A DNA stretch of 64,000 nucleotides from an uncultured Victivallaceae bacterium (lineage in GTDB: Bacteria; Verrucomicrobiota; Lentisphaeria; Victivallales; GWF2-50-93). Numbering within the stretch: the first letter of the stretch is position 1; each line of letters begins with the position of its first letter. The notes below the pieces were generated by a model. That model was not told the origin of the DNA. It saw only the letters and a program-made list of their open reading frames with translations, and searched no databases. The position numbers and the translations under genes are program-made. This document shows positions 38,001-45,356 of the stretch, piece after piece. The DNA lies in NCBI GenBank assembly GCA_964636325.1, contig CAZWRV010000010.1:29072-93071 (forward strand), written 5' to 3'.

Positions 38001-38122
38001 ACGGCAAAAGGACCCTCGGCCTCGCCGCCGAGCTCCAGAGGCAGGCGGCCAAGACCGGCGCCGCAATCGCATGGCCGCAATGCTGGCCGGTCAACGGCAT
38101 CCCCGCAGAACCAAAGCGTTAG
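35048..38122 (+). CDS. 1024-aa bitopic, largely alpha-helical protein (gene D), no recognisable domain
   Basis: ATG 35048 overlaps the gene C stop (ATGA). Single TM at nt ~36097-36156 (LAVFAALTIAAVAAAVFLV) separates a ~350-aa N-terminal part from a ~650-aa C-terminal part. Confidence 0.8.
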   Translation: MSQMKEIVAEILKFIGASVQTDTKEMRSAAAGFAKACEDVNSRLAKSAELLRKDERQEAVDLAEADPPLAATFELLDSVPRATWLDLCRLYGWPLPPELHRELMETVKAAVARHRLLKPLEDEYRRAIHTGTLQDKVAVLRKLRKIDPADKGWEQSQKDFEKLWIAELVAAAKSAIASNDEDSLKRIDSILSSPEWLLRPDPGDSQDIDSKLKEFRIGHLKEKAGVIIKDIASAYGLFDLDRLNNALSRWDLIAEDREFAPSETDLQQVREAREWAAIKNKEESSKREFQNLLESIQQMFDTDEQEFHRIDNAYSKLRQFEREIPDIIETRYRNAKAEHEVSMARAFKIRLAVFAALTIAAVAAAVFLVNQRIRHNRHAEWSRQIGSAVEAGKLDEALKLFDSMNSSFPNMASDPKFVSLRKSLDGLLVKRDADRARLKILRGELEKAAADGFQSDIPVEEKIREAEPLADAPDDTLALKRIKDAWQENLAARQRQRETEFLKKVEALEAVYEQAAATDAKADPAAFSSLMKKYEKEADAMAEYSTIAKDVYEPKAAMMKKRLQTLVKIFQDAMKERKDYEADLKQIHSDIRTIADFKASLERFSERYPEYPNSADISQVLGYMKHYLAAAALKEFMPATEMKQDKMGAFSDLAKMIDSASPWSPDFPDFLKYYCRLQDSAPGFKAAFEELARAPLINYYSIMARSQDGGAVEMISEEEPKIKPSGTADGKPMREISVLRIMSSSDISGVYWYLQENPSGRWDARCGGKILLKNLEIEDLPHITAKIQSYTKLSALFKEAAAAGPLRFETQVLDIIDEIKVSTGNPYRRLILLKHVMGQAEKISWSLSPAFGRRLAEIQDFMASFGAGYDYFNMPQKDVAKVTQFLKDLPDMRPEAEASLVGRDAILAALDRSVDFMGIVKADGDEKSAAARKMKFSGELWALRKDSSGKFRFHIVGNVKDGASMLDPAETKSLSDCEPLFAPTDGKRTLGLAAELQRQAAKTGAAIAWPQCWPVNGIPAEPKR

Positions 38123-38154
38123 GAGAAATCATTAGTACCGATAAACAGTCCTAA

Positions 38155-39069
38155 ATGTACTACCTCAGGGAAAACGGCAAGATACACGGGCCCTTCACCG
38201 CCGAAAGGATGAAGGAGCTGGCGGCGTCCGGAAGGATTTCGCGGCAGACAGAGGTCTCCGACGACAGGACAGTCTGGAAGCTGGCGGACTGCTACTCCGA
38301 ACTCTTTCCGGAAAAGAAGCACGCGGCCCCCCCCTCTCTTCCAAAAACTCCAAAGATTGCATCCAAGGAACCTAAGGTGGAGGAAAAAAACGCAGAACCG
38401 GAAGTCATACGCCTTGACCTGCCGGACTTCACACGCCCGGCAAGAGACGTGAAAGTCTCCCCGCCCGACCCGCCGGACATGGAACTCCCGCGAGAAAGCG
38501 CCTTCCGGAAATTGCTTTTCCTGGAAATCGCCTGGGATCCGATGGAGTCCATTCCGGAAATCTACTCCGCGCTCGGGGATAACGGCGCTTTGAAGACGGG
38601 CATTGCGTTGATTGTCCTATCGGCACTATCAGTATTCGCCGCCCTTGAACTTGCGGCCCGCAGCGGCAACCTCGGAATCAACGCAGGCCATTTCGGAATG
38701 GCCTTCTTCTCCTTCATCTCCCTCGGAGGACTTCTCGTATCCTGCTTCATCGTCCGGAAATTCCTGGGGGAAAAAGGCGAAGGCGGCTCCGGCGGGGACT
38801 GCCTAACTGCAGGCTCGGGCGCAATCCTGCTCTCGATCGCACTCCTGATCTCGGCGCTGACGGCCTGGGACGGCGCGTTCTTCCAGCGGTTCGGCGCGAT
38901 CATTTCCGCCGGCGCCGTCCTTTATGCGGCATGCTCAATGGTTTTCTGCATCTTCACCGGATGCACAAGAATCTCACGCATACCGCGCTCCGTCGGACCA
39001 GTCGCCGTCCCCCTCATAATCGCCGCCACCGCGATCACCGCAGGCCTCGCCGCAAAATTCCTCCTCTGA
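38155..39069 (+). CDS. GYF_2 domain protein with C-terminal multi-pass (about 5 TM) membrane domain (gene E)
   Basis: MYYLRENGKIHGPFTAERMKELAASGRISRQTEVSDDRTVWKLADCYSELF looks like GYF_2. It is followed by a Pro/Lys-rich linker, then hydrophobic segments from nt ~38590 to the end (Yip1-like by eye, unverified). Confidence 0.8.
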   Translation: MYYLRENGKIHGPFTAERMKELAASGRISRQTEVSDDRTVWKLADCYSELFPEKKHAAPPSLPKTPKIASKEPKVEEKNAEPEVIRLDLPDFTRPARDVKVSPPDPPDMELPRESAFRKLLFLEIAWDPMESIPEIYSALGDNGALKTGIALIVLSALSVFAALELAARSGNLGINAGHFGMAFFSFISLGGLLVSCFIVRKFLGEKGEGGSGGDCLTAGSGAILLSIALLISALTAWDGAFFQRFGAIISAGAVLYAACSMVFCIFTGCTRISRIPRSVGPVAVPLIIAATAITAGLAAKFLL

Positions 39070-39520
39070 AATTCGAACATATTAATCGCGATCTTTCTCG
39101 CTATCTTCGTCGCCTTCCGGAGGGTTGAATTCTATCCTGTGCCGCTTTCACTTTTAACTCGGCGTATTGGGCAAAACACGGCACAGGAGTGCCGTAAAAC
39201 AAAGCGCAACAGGAGTTGCGCACTCCAAGGTCAGGCGATACCTGACAAAAACTGAGGATATATTCAACAATGTCGTAACATGAATTCATATATAGATATG
39301 CGCGGATATACTTTGTCTAAACTCGAGTGCGCAAGCTTGCTTGCGTCTTATTTTCGACAAGCTTGCTTGTCAAGCATCGGAGAGAGCTCCGCTGTAAAAA
39401 GCTGAAGCACCCGCCTTCGCATGGCTACGGCACGGCACAGAGGTTCAGCACACTCCAAAGTTCATCGTCGGCAAAACTGACGTCGTCGGTGTTGTTCTCA
39501 GTGTGCAGCATCGAAAAACG

Positions 39521-39561
39521 GTATGAATCCAGCAAACTACGCCATTTTGCTGAATTCATAC
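39521..39561. repeat. Rep-B hairpin, copy 2
   Basis: GTATGAATCCAGCAAACTACGCCATTTTGCTGAATTCATAC. Confidence 0.8.
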
Positions 39562-39744
39562 TCCCGCGCGGTACGATGACCGTCATACGCGCCGGCGTCT
39601 GGCACCCATGCCCCGTTCACCCCGAACGGCAAGCCGCTCAACACCCTCGTCGTGCTGCCGGAACGCACATAGGCCAATGACTGTGTCGTCAAGGATCACG
39701 AAGTTTATCGTTCAAAAAAGCAGCCCAGCCAGATTAAGAACTTT

Positions 39745-41802
39745 CTATTTGGGCTCATGATCAATTATTGCCATTCCGAACGGAAACTGGACATCGGCAA
39801 GTTTCCTTACTTCTGCGTTGGAGGCGGAAATTCTTACAATCTCATTTTTATCGCAGTCTCCGGCCAGAATATCTCCAGTCCTTGGGTCTGCTATTAGCGC
39901 CCTCGCCGGATATGGAGCGGGCACGGGCGGCAGTACGATCTTCTTTTCCACGTCGATCGGGCACATTGTCCACTTCGCCGTGTCGACATTTGAAATCTGG
40001 CCTTTGCCGTCCTTGAAGAATGCCGAACCGTATTCGCTGGTCTTGATTTTTCCTGCGATCTCCCACTTCTGCAGGTCGATGCAGATGGTGATGTCGCGGG
40101 TCGCGGCGAGAAGAGTTTTTCCGTCCTGGGCGAGGATTACGGCCTCGCCGAGGTTTTTGATCGGAAGCGTCCGGCGGATCCTTCGGCCTGGAAGATCTAT
40201 TTCGCTCACGCTCGATCCGAAGAAGTTGGCGGTCCAGGCTGTTTCGCCGTCTCCGGACAGCGCGATTGAGCCGGGATAGACGTCGCCCAGCTCGATCGTT
40301 CCAGTCTTTTTAAATGTCGGAATGGAAATGACGTCGAGCCTTCCTGATCCTTCGCATGCCACATAAAGTTCCTTCAGCTTCGGGTTGTATGCCAGGCCCA
40401 TGGGATGGTGCCCGACTGCGGCGGAGGCGGCAAGCTTCCCGGTCTCCAGCGAGAATGCGTATACTGTGTTTTCCGTGAAAGATGATACCGCCACCCATGG
40501 CCCGGTGTCTTTTCCGTCGGCCGTAGAGGAGACGGGATTGTATTTCGGGTATGCAACCGGCGGCATTCCGGCAATGGCCTTGTAGAACTGCAGGTCGGCA
40601 GGCTCCTGGGTGCGCGCGGCGTCCTGCTCGGAGAATCCGAGCGCCCGCAGTAGAGCCAGCGCGTATAGGCGCCCGCCTTCCATATTGGGATGCCATTGGT
40701 TCGCCATCGTCGTTTTACGGTCGATGCCGGCGCGGGTGAAGGCGCCGAAGACGTCCGCGCACGGACAGTCCATCTCATTCGCAAGACCAATAATCGCGCC
40801 GGATTCCAACGCCATAGTTGCGTCGAACCCCCTAGCGCGGTCGGGGGTGTGGAAATATTTGCCGTCGGGATCCGGACCGGGCGTCATGCCGGACGGGGTA
40901 GCGCACAACACCTTGATGCCGGAGCCCTTGAGCCGAGTGATGATCTCCCGGTAGTTTTTGATGAATTCGTCGGGTGCGATGTGGACTGCGTCGTTGACGC
41001 CGAAGGCGATGACCGCCCACTGCGGCCTGAGGGCGATCACGTCCAGATCGAGGCGCTCAAGGCCTTCCATTGTCCGGTTGAGGGCGATTCCGGAATTGAC
41101 TACGGTGAACGATTCGCCGGGATATGCCTTCTGAAGAAGCCGGACGAAATGCCGCGCATAGAACCCTTCGTCCGTGATGGAGTCGCCCAGGAGGACTATC
41201 GTGTCGCCGCCTTTAAGCAGGAGTTTCCGGTCATCCTTGCGGGCTGGGGACTGCGGCCCGGAATCCGCCGGGACTTCCTCGACGCGGACGGCGTCTATCT
41301 TCACATTGTGGCCTACGAGCTTCTCGGTGACGCGGTTCATGTCGCGCATCCGCTGGTCGGGATGGAAGCGGAACTCGAGCGTGTGCTTGCCTGCGGCGAG
41401 TTTGAAAGGACCCTGCTCATGGCAGACGTGAGGATTTTCATCGGGAGCAACTACCCGCCTCGACAAGACCGGAACCGGCTCGCCGCCGTCAATCGCCATC
41501 GAATATCTCGAGTAGTTCCTGCTTCCGGATCCCGGACCTTGGATTACAACACGGTAGAGGCCGTCCTTTGCCACATTGAACTCATACGCCGCGTGGAAGA
41601 ACGGCTCCCCGGCCGGCGAAGGCTCGGCCGACTTGAACGTCAAAGCCTTTTTCGCGGCGCAGGCCGTCACGTTCGGTATATTCGACCTGGTCACATTCCC
41701 CAAATCCACTTCGACAGCTCCGCTGTCATCACATAAAATGCCTGATGAAGCGCACATGAACACTATGATCGACATATATGACGCCCTTTCAAAGATATTC
41801 AT
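39745..41802 (-). CDS. Secreted multidomain protein: N-terminal beta-sandwich (CBM-like), SGNH/GDSL hydrolase, C-terminal YVTN-type beta-propeller
   Basis: Start moved to ATG 41802 (MNIFERASYMSIIVFMCASSG signal peptide). SGNH block I LLGDSITDEG, block III FGVNDA, block V-like NQWHPN. The C-terminal repeats resemble lactonase/YVTN propeller blades. Confidence 0.75.
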   Translation of the reverse strand: MNIFERASYMSIIVFMCASSGILCDDSGAVEVDLGNVTRSNIPNVTACAAKKALTFKSAEPSPAGEPFFHAAYEFNVAKDGLYRVVIQGPGSGSRNYSRYSMAIDGGEPVPVLSRRVVAPDENPHVCHEQGPFKLAAGKHTLEFRFHPDQRMRDMNRVTEKLVGHNVKIDAVRVEEVPADSGPQSPARKDDRKLLLKGGDTIVLLGDSITDEGFYARHFVRLLQKAYPGESFTVVNSGIALNRTMEGLERLDLDVIALRPQWAVIAFGVNDAVHIAPDEFIKNYREIITRLKGSGIKVLCATPSGMTPGPDPDGKYFHTPDRARGFDATMALESGAIIGLANEMDCPCADVFGAFTRAGIDRKTTMANQWHPNMEGGRLYALALLRALGFSEQDAARTQEPADLQFYKAIAGMPPVAYPKYNPVSSTADGKDTGPWVAVSSFTENTVYAFSLETGKLAASAAVGHHPMGLAYNPKLKELYVACEGSGRLDVISIPTFKKTGTIELGDVYPGSIALSGDGETAWTANFFGSSVSEIDLPGRRIRRTLPIKNLGEAVILAQDGKTLLAATRDITICIDLQKWEIAGKIKTSEYGSAFFKDGKGQISNVDTAKWTMCPIDVEKKIVLPPVPAPYPARALIADPRTGDILAGDCDKNEIVRISASNAEVRKLADVQFPFGMAIIDHEPK

Positions 41803-41992
41803 GACGGAAGTCCATCCTTCGCTTAACCCACTTTTGGAGAGGCGATTGCCCGATAATCTAGGCAGCATTGACAGATATTTCCAAGATATTAGCGATAAAA
41901 ATCGGCGGGTATGGACTATTTTCATGCTGGCTGTATAGTGAAAACAGAACGCAAATTAGAGGGGAATAAGGGAAAAAAGTTTAGTCGCATTA

Positions 41993-43027
41993 GTGAGAAT
42001 AGAAGCTCAAAAGCTCCACATCCTCGACGCGGGCGAAGACGTCCTCGCAAAATGGGTTGCGGACAACCGCGAGCCTAAGTTCCGCGCGAAGCAGATACGC
42101 GAATGGATTTTCAATCGGCTCGAACTGCGTCCTGAAAAAATGAGCAGCCTGCCGGCTCCGCTCAGAACCAAGCTCGCGGAGGCGTTCGTCTTCATGTCCT
42201 CGTCGGTGCTGGAGGCTCAGGAATCGGACGGCACAAGCAAGCTCCTCGTCGGGCTTGCGGACTCCAGCAGGGTCGAATGCGTGATAATCCCCTCTCAGGA
42301 CCGCACCGCCTTCTGCCTCAGCACGCAGGTCGGGTGCCCGGTGCGGTGCCGCTTCTGCGCCAGCGGTGCGGAGGGCTTCGTCCGCAACCTGGAGTACTAC
42401 GAGATACTCGAGCAGTTCTACCACTGCTGCAATTCCTCCGACGGCAGGCCGGACAACATAGTGTTCATGGGCGTCGGCGAGCCGCTTGCGAACTTCGCAA
42501 ACTTCATGAGGGCGGTCAGGACGCTCTGCTCGCCGGACGGCATCGGAATGTCCCCGAGGAAGATCACTGTCTCCACCAGCGGATTCGTCCCTGCGATGAG
42601 GAAACTTGCTGCCGAGGATCTGAGCCTGAACCTCGCCGTCTCGCTCCACGCCCCCGACGACGAGACCAGGCGGAAACTTATTCCCGACAAGTTCCGTTGG
42701 CCCGTCGAGGAAATCGCCAGGGAATGCATCCACTACTTGAAGACGACTGGGAGGATCGTGACGCTTGAATATGTCCTTATCGCCGGAATAAACGACTCAT
42801 TGAGCCACGCACGCAGGCTTGCGGAATTCGCAAGACGATGCAGGGCCAAGGTCAACCTCATCGCCTACAACGAATCCGGTTCCGCCGGATTCAAGGCACC
42901 CACGTCCGCCTCGTTGAACAAGTTCAAGCAGGCCGTCGCCGACGGCGGCGCCGCATGCACATGCCGCGCAAGCAGGGGCGGCGGCATCAACGCCGCCTGC
43001 GGCCAGCTGCGCTCAGGCCGCGCCTGA
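41993..43027 (+). CDS. rlmN: 23S rRNA/tRNA adenine-C2 methyltransferase RlmN (radical SAM)
   Basis: FRAKQIREW N-terminal motif, radical-SAM CPVRCRFCASG, and the C-terminal conserved Cys (AACGQL). GTG start. Confidence 0.9.
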   Translation: MRIEAQKLHILDAGEDVLAKWVADNREPKFRAKQIREWIFNRLELRPEKMSSLPAPLRTKLAEAFVFMSSSVLEAQESDGTSKLLVGLADSSRVECVIIPSQDRTAFCLSTQVGCPVRCRFCASGAEGFVRNLEYYEILEQFYHCCNSSDGRPDNIVFMGVGEPLANFANFMRAVRTLCSPDGIGMSPRKITVSTSGFVPAMRKLAAEDLSLNLAVSLHAPDDETRRKLIPDKFRWPVEEIARECIHYLKTTGRIVTLEYVLIAGINDSLSHARRLAEFARRCRAKVNLIAYNESGSAGFKAPTSASLNKFKQAVADGGAACTCRASRGGGINAACGQLRSGRA

Positions 43028-43028
43028 A

Positions 43029-43122
43029 CTTTCAGATTTTATAATCGGTATGAATGCTTGCTATGTAGGATATGGAACGGGGCGTCCCACACAGGCATGC
43101 CGTCAACCCATAAAATCTGAAT
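43029..43122 (+). repeat. Rep-A variant (TCAGATTTTAT ... ATAAAATCTGA inverted termini)
   Basis: Starts 2 nt after the rlmN stop. The termini are related to the Rep-A TCAGATTTCC/GGAAATCTGA, but the interior differs. Confidence 0.6.
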
Positions 43123-43278
43123 TGAAAATCCGCCTTGCGTCAGGAATTTTCCTCCGGTATTATGCCCACAACTTTTATTTTTGACGGGAGGCAGATATAA
43201 TACTATTCAAGCGCAAGGATTGTTTTTTAAATGCAACTGCGGAGTGAAATCAGTTTTTTGTAAAATGGATGGTAAGTC

Positions 43279-43824
43279 ATGAAGGATATGATCAAAAAGC
43301 TTCTGGTCGAACTTGGGGAGGATCCGAAGCGCGAAGGATTGCGGGACACGCCGCGGCGCGTCGAGGAGAGCCTGCGTTTCCTCACGCAGGGCTACCGTCA
43401 GGACGTCAAGAAGATCATCAATAACGCCGTCTTCGAGGACGACCAGTGCGACGACATGATCATTTTGAAGGACATCGAGTTCTACAGCCTCTGCGAGCAC
43501 CACATGCTCCCTTTCTACGGCAAATGCCACATCGGCTACATCCCGGACGGCAGAATATTCGGTGTCAGCAAGCTCGCACGGCTCGTCGACTGCTTCGCGC
43601 GCCGCCTCCAAATCCAGGAACGGCTGACGCATCAGATCGCGAAGACCATCCTCGACGCGGTCAGGCCTGAGGGTGTCGGCGTCGTCATGGAGGCCGAGCA
43701 CATGTGCATGACCATGCGAGGCGTCGAGAAGCAGGAGTCGCTCATGGTCACTTCCGCCATGCTCGGCAGCTTCCGCAAGGAGGCCGCCACCCGGAACGAA
43801 TTCCTCCGCCTCATCGGGAAATGA
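43279..43824 (+). CDS. folE: GTP cyclohydrolase I
   Basis: EDP.REGL.DTP.R, SLCEHHMLPF.G..HIGYIP, and RLQIQERLT. Confidence 0.93.
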   Translation: MKDMIKKLLVELGEDPKREGLRDTPRRVEESLRFLTQGYRQDVKKIINNAVFEDDQCDDMIILKDIEFYSLCEHHMLPFYGKCHIGYIPDGRIFGVSKLARLVDCFARRLQIQERLTHQIAKTILDAVRPEGVGVVMEAEHMCMTMRGVEKQESLMVTSAMLGSFRKEAATRNEFLRLIGK

Positions 43825-43831
43825 TTTTTAG

Positions 43832-43863
43832 CCAAAAAAGCACAGATTTTATTATTTGTGCTT
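43832..43863 (-). terminator. Hairpin terminator between convergent genes (better T-run on the minus strand)
   Basis: AAGCACA (43838-43844) pairs with TGTGCTT (43857-43863). The A6 run at 43834-43839 becomes the U-tract on the minus strand. Confidence 0.4.
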
Positions 43864-43906
43864 CTTGTAATAATATCCGTCATCTTCTTGTTTTTCTGCA
43901 CTTTCT

Positions 43907-44092
43907 TCATGCTGCCGCCTCGATAAGTTCCTCTATGTCGGCAGCTGAAGCATACTTAAAGACGGAATTCCCGTTCATCCGGCGCTTGTTGCGGACTGCT
44001 TCGTAGCGGATCCGGCCGCCGCTCAGTATTTCGCCGGGGAAGCGTCCGGCGCCGCACTTCCGGATCTGGCGCCTGCCAAGAAGGCGCATCAC
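43907..44092 (-). CDS. Small basic hypothetical protein (weakly supported)
   Basis: 61-codon ORF, 49 nt downstream of and co-oriented with the TraB/GumN gene. No motif recognised. Confidence 0.3.
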   Translation of the reverse strand: MMRLLGRRQIRKCGAGRFPGEILSGGRIRYEAVRNKRRMNGNSVFKYASAADIEELIEAAA

Positions 44093-44141
44093 CGCGGAAC
44101 CGTATCCTGTCGAGACATCTGATTGCGCCGAACACCTTTTT

Positions 44142-45056
44142 CTAGACTCCGGCCGGTTCGATGCAGCAGCCCTTTGCTTCGAGGAGGTACTGGACTCCGT
44201 TTTCGCCGGCGAGGTGGCCGGCGCCGACCGCGGCGAATACGCTTTCCCGGTGCATGCGTTCGAAAAGCCTGTCGCAGAAGATTTGGTTCCTGGCCGAGAG
44301 GAGTCTTTCCAGATATTTCTCCCTCAGATCCTCGGAGATGGAGCTTTGCCTGCCGAGGAAGCGCCGCATCATGGAGGGGATGTCATTCCGCATATAGTCT
44401 TCCAGGATAAGCCAGGTAGTCTTGTAGCCGTCCTCGGCCTCTGCGATGGCTTCCTTAAGAAGCGCGATCTGCTCGGGGATTGTGAACGACTCTAGCGTTC
44501 CGATCTGTTCCCGCGGGGTTTCGAGTCCGCGGACAGGCTTGCGGAGAAGCTTGGCCTTCCGGTAGAGGATCGTGTCGAGAGTGATGTCGTAATCCCTTTT
44601 CGGATATGAGATGAGCAGGAGGGCGGCCCAGGGTCTGCATCTGTCGAGGAAGTTTTCAGGAATCGGAACATCGAAGGATGCGGCGGCGGCGGCCAGCCTC
44701 GAGAAGAGTTCTGCTCCGATGACATCGCTCAGCGTCTCCCCATCCGGCAGACTCATGCCTCCCGAGAGTTCTGCCCTGTTTTGCGCGTCCGGCTCCATCT
44801 CGCAGCAGAATGCGTCGCATGAGTCAATGGCGTCCAAGACGGCCCGGGGTATCTCCTCGAACCTTCTGTCGGGGATGTGTATCGTCCCGAAAAGCCAGGA
44901 GGCTTTTCCTCCGAAGCCGACCTTCCAGAACAGCGGGTCGGAGTCGGCCCTTCCCTGTTCATCATATTCCATAATTTTCACCTGAGGCATCAATCCGGAT
45001 TTTCCCGACTCGCTTGCCATGAGCATGCAAAGAGCGATTGGAATTGTTCCTGTCAC
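44142..45056 (-). CDS. TraB/GumN family protein
   Basis: WLFGTIHI (GTIH motif), E-rich central block and the C-terminal AAVGAGHLAGENGV are hallmarks of TraB/GumN. Confidence 0.85.
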   Translation of the reverse strand: MTGTIPIALCMLMASESGKSGLMPQVKIMEYDEQGRADSDPLFWKVGFGGKASWLFGTIHIPDRRFEEIPRAVLDAIDSCDAFCCEMEPDAQNRAELSGGMSLPDGETLSDVIGAELFSRLAAAAASFDVPIPENFLDRCRPWAALLLISYPKRDYDITLDTILYRKAKLLRKPVRGLETPREQIGTLESFTIPEQIALLKEAIAEAEDGYKTTWLILEDYMRNDIPSMMRRFLGRQSSISEDLREKYLERLLSARNQIFCDRLFERMHRESVFAAVGAGHLAGENGVQYLLEAKGCCIEPAGV

Positions 45057-45084
45057 CTGTCAGTGGCGCGCGCCGGAAATCCGA

Positions 45085-45118
45085 ATATGAATTCAGCGAA
45101 AGTTTGCTGAATTCATAC
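45085..45118. repeat. Rep-B hairpin, copy 3
   Basis: ATATGAATTCAGCGAAAGTTTGCTGAATTCATAC, preceded by a partial Rep-A terminus GCCGGAAATCCGA (45072-45084). Confidence 0.75.
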
Positions 45119-45205
45119 GGTATTGGAGCTTGTTTTTGCCATAGTTAAAGCTAGATTTTAAGTTTTCCAAATCCAGACATCCTGATCCGTGGAAAATTAA
45201 AATGC

Positions 45206-45336
45206 GGTGAAATACCCGACCCCCCCCCGGAAGGTATTTCAGTTCAGATTTCCGGTGTCACGGCCTGGAAAGCCGCATGGGCATTTCCCAGCCGTTTTTG
45301 GGTTTTTCATAGTGGGCGGACCAGGAAATCTGAAAT
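45206..45336 (-). repeat. Rep-A element, copy D (inverted)
   Basis: GGTGAAATACCC..CCGGAAGGTATTTCAGTTCAGATTTCCGG ... CCAGGAAATCTGAAAT. Its reverse complement aligns with copies A-C. Ends 21 nt before ATG 45357. Confidence 0.85.
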
Positions 45337-45356
45337 TAATTCACGGTGCAGACGCC

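Noticed and set aside
39327-39680. 117-aa + ORF in the long non-coding region downstream of gene E.
   Set aside because: It runs through the CAAGCTTGCTTG duplication, the CACTCCAAAG unit and a Rep-B hairpin. It has no RBS and a low-complexity sequence. The region is better described as repeat or ncRNA space.
40690-41736. 348-aa + ORF antisense to the SGNH/beta-propeller gene, and 59697-60596 + antisense to the Ser/Thr kinase.
   Set aside because: Both are antisense artefacts of GC-rich genes whose sense frames carry clear catalytic motifs.
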